DNA of 26,605 nucleotides from a virus. Lineage: Duplodnaviria; Caudoviricetes. Below the pieces are notes generated by a model. It was not told the origin of the DNA. It searched no databases and was given only the letters and a program-made list of their open reading frames with translations. The position numbers and the translations under genes were made by a program. The stretch covers positions 1 to 26,605 of IMG/VR virus record IMGVR_UViG_3300027367_000010; one strand, given 5' to 3'. Positions within the stretch are counted from its first letter, which is position 1, and each line of letters begins with the position of its first letter. This document shows, one piece after another, positions 1 through 8,357 of the stretch.

Positions 1-222
1 CCCGTTATCCAATTGTTCGCCAAGAGGGGTTGTGGATGTAAATACAACAGATTCGTTTCGCAGATTTACATGATCAGTGTCAGTATACTCAGCAACTGTC
101 GGTACTGGTATTTGACCAGCCCACGCGATCTTAGCGCTACCACCACCGCCAGAAGCGGCAAGGGCTTCGGCCACAATTGTTGTTACGGCCTCTTTGTTCG
201 TACTAGCTCCGTATATCGGCAT
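1..222 (-). CDS. Hypothetical protein, probably late/virion; 3' end runs off the window
   Basis: Not in the ORF track. ATG at 222 follows AGGAG; the frame MPIYGASTNKEAVTTIVAEALAASGGGSAKIAWAGQIPVP... is open to position 1. Lies downstream of the late promoter at 546-553. Confidence 0.7.
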   Translation of the reverse strand, partial: MPIYGASTNKEAVTTIVAEALAASGGGGSAKIAWAGQIPVPTVAEYTDTDHVNLRNESVVFTSTTPLGEQLDNG

Positions 223-234
223 ATCTTTCTCCTA

Positions 235-513
235 TTAGCCGTACATTACCACGTAATCGGCGGTAAATGTTAAATCACAAATAAAATTAACAGAACTAAT
301 AATTTCTGCATTGCTTTCATATGAGCCGCCAGCCGGAATAAGTATACCTTCTGTAACCGTTGCGGCTGCGCCATACATTACGTATAATGGCTGGGTTGTA
401 GAACGATTTTGAATTAATAGATATTTCAATCTTGGATTTGCTGGTAGTACCTCCGAAGATACTGCAGTGGCAGTACCTGAAATATGTATGGGTGCTATCT
501 TTTTCTCTGACAT
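235..513 (-). CDS. Small beta-rich hypothetical protein (92 aa), probably virion-associated
   Basis: Start reassigned to MSEKKIAP (ATG 513, GAGG RBS), just downstream of TATAAATA. Confidence 0.7.
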   Translation of the reverse strand: MSEKKIAPIHISGTATAVSSEVLPANPRLKYLLIQNRSTTQPLYVMYGAAATVTEGILIPAGGSYESNAEIISSVNFICDLTFTADYVVMYG

Positions 514-545
514 GATAATTCCTCTTTTCTTTATATAGTTACATG

Positions 546-553
546 TATTTATA
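546..553 (-). promoter_or_regulatory. T4-type late promoter TATAAATA
   Basis: Exact gp55 consensus about 33 nt upstream of ATG 513. Confidence 0.75.
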
Positions 554-557
554 TGAT

Positions 558-854
558 CTATAATTTTGCTTGTGCATCTGGGCCATATGTAAAGTGTGCC
601 CATTCATCTATCTGGTCTTGGGTTTCTTCTAAGAAGTAACCACACTCATGCAAACTGCCGATGAAAATTACATCACCGTCTTCGTTCTCAATATAATGAG
701 TATCAACGGTTCGGTCAAGCATAATAGGAATATCAAGATGATAAGAATAACTAAGGCCAATGATATAAGCTGACCGGTTTCCATTCACATCAGAAGGACC
801 CGGAAGCTCCCGTATATTCAATTTCATTGCTGCTAGTATTTCTAACATATTCAT
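558..854 (-). CDS. Hypothetical protein (early cluster)
   Basis: 98-aa ORF packed against its neighbours (stop/start overlap at 854). Confidence 0.6.
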   Translation of the reverse strand: MNMLEILAAMKLNIRELPGPSDVNGNRSAYIIGLSYSYHLDIPIMLDRTVDTHYIENEDGDVIFIGSLHECGYFLEETQDQIDEWAHFTYGPDAQAKL

Positions 855-1003
855 TAACTGAGATCCAATGTCAATGTAATCTGTGTTGGTGGGGCTCCTG
901 AAAACGCTGTCTTCTCAATATATACAGAAGGGACTGCTTGCCCTGACGCTTCGTATACATGCTTATTCTTTGTTGATTTGGCATATGTCATTGTGATTTC
1001 CAT
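854..1003 (-). CDS. Small hypothetical protein (49 aa)
   Basis: Start MEITMTYAK at 1003 abuts the upstream stop at 1005, with a GAGG RBS. Confidence 0.6.
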   Translation of the reverse strand: MEITMTYAKSTKNKHVYEASGQAVPSVYIEKTAFSGAPPTQITLTLDLS

Positions 1004-1004
1004 A

Positions 1005-1262
1005 TTAATAACCCTCATCTTCGGGATACAATTCATCCCATTGCTTTGGTGTGATACCAGTAATTAGTAGTTCACGTTCATCTACATTTAGTCGTGGGAA
1101 TGCTTTTTGAATATGAGCTCCCTCGATCCAAGAAGTCAATTCCGCTAAGGTGAAATCCAGGAAATGTACTGATATTTCCATCGTAAAATTGTTCATTATA
1201 GTGCATCGTGCAGGTGTGTCTTTCTCAAACCATACATCAATTAATGCGCCTTTGCGTAACAT
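1005..1262 (-). CDS. Hypothetical phage protein
   Basis: 85-aa ORF with GAGG RBS, first gene after the promoter at 1300-1328; IQKAFPRLNVDERELLITGIT segment. Confidence 0.7.
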   Translation of the reverse strand: MLRKGALIDVWFEKDTPARCTIMNNFTMEISVHFLDFTLAELTSWIEGAHIQKAFPRLNVDERELLITGITPKQWDELYPEDEGY

Positions 1263-1299
1263 AATAACTACCTCTATTTTAATTTTGTTCGTATAATAT

Positions 1300-1328
1300 A
1301 TTATAACACACTAATGAAGAAAGGGCAA
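1300..1328 (-). promoter_or_regulatory. Sigma70-type early promoter
   Basis: TTGCCC-17 nt-TATAAT with GTGTGT before the -10, as in the other cassettes. Confidence 0.7.
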
Positions 1329-1342
1329 CTGTTAATTGCCCT
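1315..1342 (-). terminator. Probable intrinsic terminator after the cytochrome gene
   Basis: AGGGCAA-7 nt-TTGCCCT hairpin followed by TTCTT; the 3' arm overlaps the next -35. Confidence 0.55.
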
Positions 1343-1349
1343 GTTTATA

Positions 1350-2165
1350 TTACTTGGCGTGACATGCCAAACATAATTGTGAACCTACATTGCCTGAAGG
1401 CGCTCGTAAGAACTGTGCACGATCGTTATGAGGATCATGACAAGAACCACATTCAACAAATCCCGTACTATTTCTAGTGTATAACATCAAATCTACTTTG
1501 GTGCGTGCCCCGTCATTTGTATCATCCGTAGCGCCATTAACAGGATCGAATTCCAACCACCAAACTTGTTGACCACCAATAATACCAGTATCAGGGACTC
1601 GGAAATCTGAATCACCAAATTCTGAAACCGAAGGCGTGTCATCTAATCCGCCGCCAGCAAACGGGATTGCAACAGGATGGTCGTTATTAAGGTTTGTACC
1701 TAAGTTCGGAACAGTATTGTCGGCACCGGCCATAATCCCACCAATACCTGCTCCTGTCCACGTGCCAGACATTGGCGAACCAGTTGCATTGTAGCCATAG
1801 TCAGTTGCGCTTGAGGTTGCGTTGATAACAGTATTCATAGCTTGTGTGCCATCGTGACACGACAGACATGCTAATGATGGGGAACCAGCTAATACCGCTT
1901 CACCATCCATTGTTGTGGATGTATATGGTGTTAGACTAGATGCCGTACCAATAATTCTGTTCCATAATGGAGCTTCAGAAGCTGAGCCGTGAGGTGTATG
2001 ACAGAATACACAAATCTCAGTAGTACCGTCAAACTTGGTAGCTGCCAATGAATTTGCTTGTAAGTTGTGCTTTGAATCTACAATGCCAGCTGCTACCGAA
2101 GTATCAACAATTGCAATTGTCCCTACTGCAATTGCTAAGCAAACTGCGATATATTTCAATTTCAT
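1350..2165 (-). CDS. Secreted tetraheme c-type cytochrome, OmcE-like / paired-CXXCH family
   Basis: Sec signal peptide; four CXXCH motifs (CVFCH, CLSCH, CGSCH, CLACH); four extra His (SKHNL, CHTPH, NDHPV, CHDPH); PLWNR and NLGTNLNNDHP motifs. Confidence 0.9.
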   Translation of the reverse strand: MKLKYIAVCLAIAVGTIAIVDTSVAAGIVDSKHNLQANSLAATKFDGTTEICVFCHTPHGSASEAPLWNRIIGTASSLTPYTSTTMDGEAVLAGSPSLACLSCHDGTQAMNTVINATSSATDYGYNATGSPMSGTWTGAGIGGIMAGADNTVPNLGTNLNNDHPVAIPFAGGGLDDTPSVSEFGDSDFRVPDTGIIGGQQVWWLEFDPVNGATDDTNDGARTKVDLMLYTRNSTGFVECGSCHDPHNDRAQFLRAPSGNVGSQLCLACHAK

Positions 2166-2197
2166 TTTTAATTTCCTTTAGTCAAGTGTGTTATAAA

Positions 2198-3271
2198 TTA
2201 TAAATCCTTAGGTTTCCAATTTTTAAGTTTTGCCTTGAACAAAACGATATCAGCTGCTACAGATTTCAAATCATGGTCTAATCTATACAACATATTCTTC
2301 GCGCCATACTTCCAATCATCATGATCATCATTTGGGTTTATTGAATTGCCGCGCTCATTCTTTGGTGTAAATTTTCCAGATAATGAGTTCGGTACAAGAA
2401 TCGTAATATCTGCAGGATCCTTATAGGCCATCTGCTTTTTCAACTCTTTGACTTGTCTTTGTGTTCGTTTCTCAAAATTAGCCAATTCAGGAATGTAATG
2501 TTTGATAGCAACAGAGGAGGTACCAATATCCGGATAATCAACACCAAAGCATTCACCTATCAGATATCCAATTCCAGGTCTGTGATAACCATGCTTGACC
2601 ATCTTACCATTTTTGAGGACATGATCTCTATCGCAAATAGCACACTTTCCCAATACCTGGCCTGTCTTTGCTACACGCTCTTTACGAGCATTTGGATCGA
2701 AAACTGCTTCGCCGCGAATCTTGGCAAGCTCACGAAAGAAGTCAGTTTCCTCAGCCCACTTATAAAATGATGAAAGATCCTGTGTACCCTGCCAATTGAA
2801 TGTTAGGCTATTAGGAGCTGTAATTTCAGTCACTTTTGAATCTACTGTCCATTGAACCCATATGCCTATACGTCCACGGATTTCATCAGTCTTATCATCC
2901 ATTGATTTGAGATGATAACCTTTAAGCTTTAGATCAGTAACAGCTTGAATGAGTAATGGCAGTTCTTCTTGATATTCTTTGCCTTTGAAAACACTTACAA
3001 ATACGTATCCTTCAGCCTTTCCACTATCGACAGAATTCATATCAGAGACTTGTGGACTCAGAACTGTATTTGCCAATGCCGTTGTGATTGGCCGTATAGA
3101 GTTGGGACCTGATGGCCATCTAAAATAATTGACCGGCACTTCCTTTGACTTCTTTGCAATCTTCCAGCCTTTCATATCGTTCAGCAATGTATTTGAAAGT
3201 GCCTTGAAATTAATGCCAGTCAAACCATGGCGTGACATCTTTCTTAATAGTTCACTCTGCTTCGCATCCAT
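2198..3271 (-). CDS. Hypothetical protein with a putative Zn-binding Cys/His motif
   Basis: 357-aa ORF containing GKCAIC...KHGY...GECFG. Confidence 0.75.
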   Translation of the reverse strand: MDAKQSELLRKMSRHGLTGINFKALSNTLLNDMKGWKIAKKSKEVPVNYFRWPSGPNSIRPITTALANTVLSPQVSDMNSVDSGKAEGYVFVSVFKGKEYQEELPLLIQAVTDLKLKGYHLKSMDDKTDEIRGRIGIWVQWTVDSKVTEITAPNSLTFNWQGTQDLSSFYKWAEETDFFRELAKIRGEAVFDPNARKERVAKTGQVLGKCAICDRDHVLKNGKMVKHGYHRPGIGYLIGECFGVDYPDIGTSSVAIKHYIPELANFEKRTQRQVKELKKQMAYKDPADITILVPNSLSGKFTPKNERGNSINPNDDHDDWKYGAKNMLYRLDHDLKSVAADIVLFKAKLKNWKPKDL

Positions 3272-3726
3272 TATTGTGCCTCTACAAGTTCTTGGGTTCT
3301 GCCATCAGTCAATACACGATGGCCAATTTCAACTGCAAGCTTAGCCATAAATTCTTCTTGATCCTTTGGCATTTTACCGCCATGCATAAAATTATTTGTA
3401 CGTTTCTTCAAATCTTTCTGTAATGCCACCAAAGTCTCCGTTGAAGTAAGTTCCCACTCTTCTACAGTATCTTCGACATTATTTATATAGTACTTTTTGT
3501 ATTCAAGCAAAGTTTCAATCATTGGTGCGAACTTTGCATCCTTACCAGATTTTTTATAACCCAAAGCAGTCATCTTACACCAGTTCATTACGCGCTCATA
3601 ATTATGTACATTTTTGTTATGTTGTAAGAACTGAATTACATGAACAATCTTCAACTCAACGTCTTTGAGTTCGCGTGCCTGAAGCCGTGTAATCTGCCAT
3701 TGTAAGTTAAATTTATTTACTTTCAT
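3271..3726 (-). CDS. Hypothetical early protein (151 aa)
   Basis: Start reassigned to MKVNKFNL (ATG 3726, AAGGAG RBS); the longer track ORF overlaps the promoter. Confidence 0.75.
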   Translation of the reverse strand: MKVNKFNLQWQITRLQARELKDVELKIVHVIQFLQHNKNVHNYERVMNWCKMTALGYKKSGKDAKFAPMIETLLEYKKYYINNVEDTVEEWELTSTETLVALQKDLKKRTNNFMHGGKMPKDQEEFMAKLAVEIGHRVLTDGRTQELVEAQ

Positions 3727-3753
3727 AGTATACTCCTTCGATTCAATATAATA

Positions 3754-3782
3754 ATTATAACACACTATTGAGGTAATGTCAA
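3754..3782 (-). promoter_or_regulatory. Consensus sigma70 early promoter
   Basis: Perfect TTGACA-17 nt-TATAAT. Confidence 0.85.
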
Positions 3783-3794
3783 CCCGGCAAGCAT

Positions 3795-3820
3795 AAAAAA
3801 ACCCGCAAAAGCAGGTTTTT
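3795..3820 (-). terminator. Intrinsic terminator (same hairpin as at 9622-9651)
   Basis: ACCTGC-TTTT-GCGGGT hairpin followed by a T tract. Confidence 0.8.
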
Positions 3821-3833
3821 ATTTCAATGGAAT

Positions 3834-4400
3834 CTATCGATATCTAAATGTTATTGGCATGTACTTCATACCCAAGGCCTTAGCAATTGCCAATCGATGA
3901 TTGCCTTCTCCCAAGTATACTTCAATATCACCGTCTTTTAGACGAGTCATATTGATTACTCCAGCATCACGAATACCATCATCTTCAATGGATTTTCTAA
4001 GTGCTTCAAATTCATCTTCTGTGTTCGTGCCAGTGCCATAACCCGGGATTACATTTCGATCCCATTCGCGGACATTGTATACTTCATCGATATCGATATT
4101 CAATACAATACTTTCTGTAAGGCGAACATTATGCAAACCAAACAATTTGATGATACCAGGAAGATTAAGCTTCTTTATATCATAGTCCTTCATGTAACCT
4201 TTGATAGCTGACTCGCCTCTGATCCATTCAGGAAATGCGTTAGTGGGATGAACCTCACCAACATACAATGCCTTTTTCTTGATCTTCTCTGCAAACTTGT
4301 TTGTCAGTACTTTGGCCTGTGGTTTATCCTGAACAAAGCCTTCAAGATCACCTACAAGATCATCAAGAAACCCTTCTCTAAATTGACTGAATGTTTTCAT
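3834..4400 (-). CDS. ParB/Srx N-terminal-domain protein with a capsid-targeting-like leader
   Basis: FEALRKSIEDDGI...YLGEGNHRLAIAKALG motif; start MKTFSQFRE at ATG 4400 with AAGGA RBS. Confidence 0.75.
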   Translation of the reverse strand: MKTFSQFREGFLDDLVGDLEGFVQDKPQAKVLTNKFAEKIKKKALYVGEVHPTNAFPEWIRGESAIKGYMKDYDIKKLNLPGIIKLFGLHNVRLTESIVLNIDIDEVYNVREWDRNVIPGYGTGTNTEDEFEALRKSIEDDGIRDAGVINMTRLKDGDIEVYLGEGNHRLAIAKALGMKYMPITFRYR

Positions 4401-4464
4401 TTGCAAGTTCCTTTATAAAATTTTCTATATATGATTCATTCAGATAATCGGTGAAAGAAAGCAT
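4378..4464 (-). other. 28-codon mini-ORF, orphan capsid-targeting-like leader
   Basis: AGGAG RBS, then MLSFTDYLNESYIENFIKELANENIQSI*; overlaps the start of the ParB-like gene in another frame. Confidence 0.5.
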
Positions 4465-4473
4465 TTATATCTC

Positions 4474-4806
4474 CTAGCTAAATGATAGCTCAACCCAGAC
4501 ATCACCGCCATCAGGTCCTGAAAAAATCTTAGAGTGATCATTCAAGCCAGATTTTACAACCTTGATCTTAACACCCAACTCTTCTTCAATAAACATACCA
4601 TAGGTACCATCAGAAGACCAATCAGCAATCCATGATTTCAATCGCTTTTCACCACCAGTATTGAACGAAGTATATATCAAAAGGTTTGCGCCTTTTACAA
4701 CAACTTGCTTCTTTGTCAATCCAAGGTCATCGCCAGTGACGAATTTCAGCACTGTCTTATTAATAGCTGCTTCGTTCAAGTCGGTCATTAGTTCTTTAAA
4801 TTTCAT
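4474..4806 (-). CDS. Hypothetical protein, candidate internal head protein
   Basis: 110 aa; leader MKFKELMTDLNE/A; GAGG RBS. Confidence 0.7.
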   Translation of the reverse strand: MKFKELMTDLNEAAINKTVLKFVTGDDLGLTKKQVVVKGANLLIYTSFNTGGEKRLKSWIADWSSDGTYGMFIEEELGVKIKVVKSGLNDHSKIFSGPDGGDVWVELSFS

Positions 4807-4822
4807 AGTTGGTGCCTCTTTC

Positions 4823-5446
4823 TTATAGTTTAACGTGATTTGATGAACGTTTATTATATGTCATATTACGGAGTATGTCATCTACTCTTGGTAATGTTAA
4901 TTGAATCTTATCCCAGATCATTTTTAATTCTCGATTGTATGTAATTTCATCTGATTGGAATTGTTGAAGGTAGCCAGCAATAGTAATGTCAGTCAAAAAC
5001 CCGTCCTTAGACTTTGGATTCTTAAGAATCTTTGCTACTGGCTCAGCATCTTTTTTGGCCCAATCACCAATAACCTTTTCGCAATTGGCTTTAAGCTTAT
5101 CAACATTATCGTCAAATTTACGATCCTGTCGTCCTGTAATCCATTCAGCACCTTCAAACATCTTTGAGATTTGTTTGTTAGTATCATTAACCCCAATATA
5201 CATTTGGTTAATCCACTGTCTTGCAGCGCTCGCAACAATCCATTCATATCCCTTATCAAGAGATTTTAAATGGTCATTAAGAAGAAACCATTCCTGTACA
5301 TTTTTGTCTTTCCAAAAAGGTGCTTTACGAATGGCATCTTCAAGACTTCCATTCATGATATATCCAAACCATCTATCGGCTGCTGAATATACCTCTTTTT
5401 TTGAAGAGGATTCTTTGAGGCTCATTTGTAATTCATGAAATTTCAT
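4823..5446 (-). CDS. Hypothetical protein, candidate internal head protein
   Basis: 207 aa; leader MKFHELQMSLKE/S. Confidence 0.7.
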   Translation of the reverse strand: MKFHELQMSLKESSSKKEVYSAADRWFGYIMNGSLEDAIRKAPFWKDKNVQEWFLLNDHLKSLDKGYEWIVASAARQWINQMYIGVNDTNKQISKMFEGAEWITGRQDRKFDDNVDKLKANCEKVIGDWAKKDAEPVAKILKNPKSKDGFLTDITIAGYLQQFQSDEITYNRELKMIWDKIQLTLPRVDDILRNMTYNKRSSNHVKL

Positions 5447-5449
5447 ATG

Positions 5450-5683
5450 TTATACTACCTGTTCAATTGTTTTCTTATAGGCTTTATATAGCTTGAGTAG
5501 ATCTGAGTATATAGATTCATACTTACGTTTTTCATCATCAAGCCCAGTTTTTTGAGCTTGCAACATGCCATGTCGATACAACTCCAAATTGTCGCGCATC
5601 AGTGATAATACAGAATTGTTTGTATCCCTTAATTCCCATTCCTGTTCACCAGACAACACAGACCAATCCAATTTAATTTTCAT
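5450..5683 (-). CDS. Hypothetical protein
   Basis: 77-aa ORF, AAGGA RBS, tightly packed. Confidence 0.65.
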   Translation of the reverse strand: MKIKLDWSVLSGEQEWELRDTNNSVLSLMRDNLELYRHGMLQAQKTGLDDEKRKYESIYSDLLKLYKAYKKTIEQVV

Positions 5684-5692
5684 GCTTAATCC

Positions 5693-6232
5693 TTATTCAA
5701 GTGCGTGTAAGTAACGTTCATATATCATCCTGCTTGTTGCCGTGGTTTTTTTGACCAAAATACCAGAGATATAGAATGTGTGTGAAACGAGGCCAGTAAA
5801 ATTATCCGCCAACTCAAAGAAAATCTTTTCTTGTCTATCGCCTTCTAAGATAATGGGTGATTCGAATTGGTGATATACCTTGACAAACGTGTTACCTGCG
5901 CCAAAGCTTATCGGTTCAACTGATTGCGCGTATCTGACATAATCGCCATTAGTTTTAATAGGGGTGCCATTTGTAAGGTTACCTATTAGCCCATCAACAT
6001 CAGAGATACCCATACTTATGCCATTAGTCAATACTAATGCATTACCATATTTACCGGAATCGGGAGCACCTATATCTTCTATTGCAATAGATAGCTTTTG
6101 TATAATTGCGATGTAACCGGCTGGTGCTGTATATGAAATTGTTCTTGGCGTTATTGAATAATCACCTATATGCGATGTTTCAGTGCCAGTAGCTTCATCC
6201 TTTAAGAAACCCGATAGTAGAGTAGTTGACAT
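5693..6232 (-). CDS. Hypothetical beta-rich late protein
   Basis: 179-aa ORF, first gene after the late promoter at 6262-6269. Confidence 0.75.
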   Translation of the reverse strand: MSTTLLSGFLKDEATGTETSHIGDYSITPRTISYTAPAGYIAIIQKLSIAIEDIGAPDSGKYGNALVLTNGISMGISDVDGLIGNLTNGTPIKTNGDYVRYAQSVEPISFGAGNTFVKVYHQFESPIILEGDRQEKIFFELADNFTGLVSHTFYISGILVKKTTATSRMIYERYLHALE

Positions 6233-6244
6233 GAGATTGCCCTT

Positions 6245-6463
6245 TTAATCATTAGTACCTTTATTTATACTATTTGAAAAGTCCGTTTCGTACAAGTCTT
6301 CGCCTTCACTAACATGAAGGGTTTCTTGAATGATATGTATAATCTCCCGAACTTTATCATTATTGCCTGCAATGCTTGAGTAATAAATTTCATCAACTAC
6401 TGAGATGCACCATCTTGTATATTCTTCACGTGTTTTAAATTTTGGCATCGATCTATGCCTCAT
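6245..6463 (-). CDS. Hypothetical protein
   Basis: Track ORF 6245..6502; start tentatively moved to ATG 6463 to minimise overlap. Confidence 0.5.
   Translation of the reverse strand: MRHRSMPKFKTREEYTRWCISVVDEIYYSSIAGNNDKVREIIHIIQETLHVSEGEDLYETDFSNSINKGTND
6262..6269 (-). promoter_or_regulatory. T4-type late promoter TATAAATA
   Basis: Exact consensus 30 nt upstream of ATG 6232. Confidence 0.75.
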
Positions 6464-6776
6464 TTCGAATCTTTTCTTTAAGCTTGGCAGCTGCCCGCCC
6501 ATGCTCTTTCATGAAGATTTCAAAATCTGTCAGATAATCATCTGCGACCATCTTCCAACCGAGTACGTACTCGTTGAAATACTCAGTGTTCTCCACGAAC
6601 TTGTGTTCGTTTTCAGCGAAGATTTCTGGACCAAAGTCCAATTCATCACCATAGATGCCTTCAACGTAATACGTGTTGCCGCCTTTTGCTTTCCAACGCT
6701 GCGGACATTCGCCTTCGCCATCCCATGCATGTGCGCCGTAGTTTTCCATGATCTGAGTTTCGATAAGCATTTTCAT
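6453..6776 (-). CDS. Hypothetical early phage protein
   Basis: 107 aa, ENYGAHAWDGEGECPQRWKAKGG; first gene after a promoter cassette. Confidence 0.75.
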   Translation of the reverse strand: MKMLIETQIMENYGAHAWDGEGECPQRWKAKGGNTYYVEGIYGDELDFGPEIFAENEHKFVENTEYFNEYVLGWKMVADDYLTDFEIFMKEHGRAAAKLKEKIRNEA

Positions 6777-6845
6777 AATATATTTTCCTGTGTATGTTCC
6801 GATTCAATATAATAATTATAACACACTTTCAGGGACATGGCCACA
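6774..6845 (-). repeat. Early promoter + 5' leader + RBS cassette, copy 1
   Basis: Near-identical to 9003-9074 and 9540-9610; TGGCCA-17-TATAAT (6843-6815), then ATATTGAATCGGAACATACACAGGAAAATATAT-ATG. Confidence 0.85.
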
Positions 6846-6857
6846 GGTTTTTGCAAT

Positions 6858-7130
6858 TTAAGTGAAAAAACCTTTAAAAAAGACGTATAATGCGTCCATG
6901 AATAGAATCTCCAAAGCCAACAATCCTAATGCCGTAGCCACTAGGACCATGCAATATAAGGCAGGCCTTCGAGCATACTTCAAATCTTCTTTAAGTTCAT
7001 CAGCAGTGTCTGCTTTGTAGCTACGTGGCATGTGTAAGTTGATCCAATGAAAGGATAATACAGCCAATCTAAATTTAATTTTATCAAACATAATTATTAT
7101 TAATCCTATAAAAAGTATGAATCCTTTCAT
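6858..7130 (-). CDS. Small predicted membrane protein
   Basis: 90 aa with hydrophobic N- and C-terminal segments. Confidence 0.55.
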   Translation of the reverse strand: MKGFILFIGLIIIMFDKIKFRLAVLSFHWINLHMPRSYKADTADELKEDLKYARRPALYCMVLVATALGLLALEILFMDALYVFFKGFFT

Positions 7131-7137
7131 TTTTGCC

Positions 7138-7145
7138 TATAAATA
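7138..7145 (+). promoter_or_regulatory. T4-type late promoter TATAAATA (plus strand)
   Basis: Exact consensus upstream of the GGAGG RBS and ATG 7183; TATAAATACATGTAA is identical to the site at 539-553 (-). Confidence 0.75.
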
Positions 7146-7182
7146 CATGTAAAGTTAACTTATATTTATCCGGAGGAAAAAA

Positions 7183-7467
7183 ATGGCAACTACTAAAGAT
7201 TGGCCACAGGCCTGTTACAACGAAGTAAGTATGTGGGTTACTGCAGCATGTAAGGAATATATCGAAACAGTATATTATCCCACATTAACAACTACCACAG
7301 TTACTACCACAGACACCACAACTACTGCCGAGCAACCACCTATTACGGATACGGTTTTCCTTGCTGGCCCAGCTCCAGTGTTTGGAACAGGAATTATTCC
7401 TTCTCTTTTCATTGCGATATTTGCGTACGGTCTTTTGAAATGGCGGAAACGGGTCTTTTCCGGGTAA
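7183..7467 (+). CDS. Small Thr-rich membrane-anchored protein with a PEP-CTERM-like tail
   Basis: GGAGG RBS and own late promoter; Thr run; GPAP-xxG-hydrophobic helix-KWRKR C-terminus; fills a gap with no opposing gene. Confidence 0.75.
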   Translation: MATTKDWPQACYNEVSMWVTAACKEYIETVYYPTLTTTTVTTTDTTTTAEQPPITDTVFLAGPAPVFGTGIIPSLFIAIFAYGLLKWRKRVFSG

Positions 7468-7472
7468 GGCGA

Positions 7473-8354
7473 TTAGATCGCCATCTTACCCTTAATTGCG
7501 GGCCAGTGTACATATCCAGCTAATTCAAAATCCTTCATTTTGAAGTCATCAATATTCTTGACTCCATTTTTCAATCTTAGATAGCATGGAGCATATGGCT
7601 TGCGATCCAATTGCTCATTTACTGCCTCTAAATGATTTTCATATATGTGACAATCTCCACCACTCCATATAAATTCACCAACATCGAGACCTGTACATTG
7701 AGCAATCATATGAGTCAACAAAGCATACGATGCGATGTTAAATGGAACACCCAAAAACATATCAGCAGATCGTTGATATAAATGACATGACAATTTACCA
7801 TCACGCACGAAGAATTGAGATAGTACATGGCATGGTGGTAAAGCCATGTAATGCAAATCAGATACATTCCATGCAGATAAAATATGTCTACGTGAATAAG
7901 GATTTACCTTGATATCCTCAATCAATTTAGCAATTTGATCAAATTGCACCCACTCTTCACGTTCGAGATTTGCACCGCCATCGAAACTTTGGTTCCAATC
8001 TCGCCACTGCGACCCATATATAGGTCCAAGCATTCCTTCTGCGTAACCTAAAGCTCTGCCTTGGTTCTCTGCATTATCTGTCCAGATGGTTCGTTTGCCT
8101 GTTAATTCACTTCTAGGCTTTCCGTAATGAATTTCTGCAAGACGTCTCTCGTCAGTGGAGCCTTCTAAGAACCACAGTAGCTCCGATACCACGGATTTGA
8201 ATGCCATCTTCTTGGTAGTTAGTAAAGGAAAGCCTTCTTGAAGGTCGAACCTCATTTGAGTACCAAATATTGAAAATGTGCCAGTGCCAGTTCGATCGGG
8301 AGTATATATCCCCATCTCTTGCACTTTAGCTAATAAGTTAAGATACTGTCTCAA
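7473..8354 (-). CDS. thyA: Thymidylate synthase
   Basis: DRTGTGT, FPLLTTKK, ELLWFL, MALPPCH, YQRSADMFLGVPFNIASY, GDCHIYENH. Confidence 0.98.
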   Translation of the reverse strand: MRQYLNLLAKVQEMGIYTPDRTGTGTFSIFGTQMRFDLQEGFPLLTTKKMAFKSVVSELLWFLEGSTDERRLAEIHYGKPRSELTGKRTIWTDNAENQGRALGYAEGMLGPIYGSQWRDWNQSFDGGANLEREEWVQFDQIAKLIEDIKVNPYSRRHILSAWNVSDLHYMALPPCHVLSQFFVRDGKLSCHLYQRSADMFLGVPFNIASYALLTHMIAQCTGLDVGEFIWSGGDCHIYENHLEAVNEQLDRKPYAPCYLRLKNGVKNIDDFKMKDFELAGYVHWPAIKGKMAI

Positions 8355-8357
8355 TTA

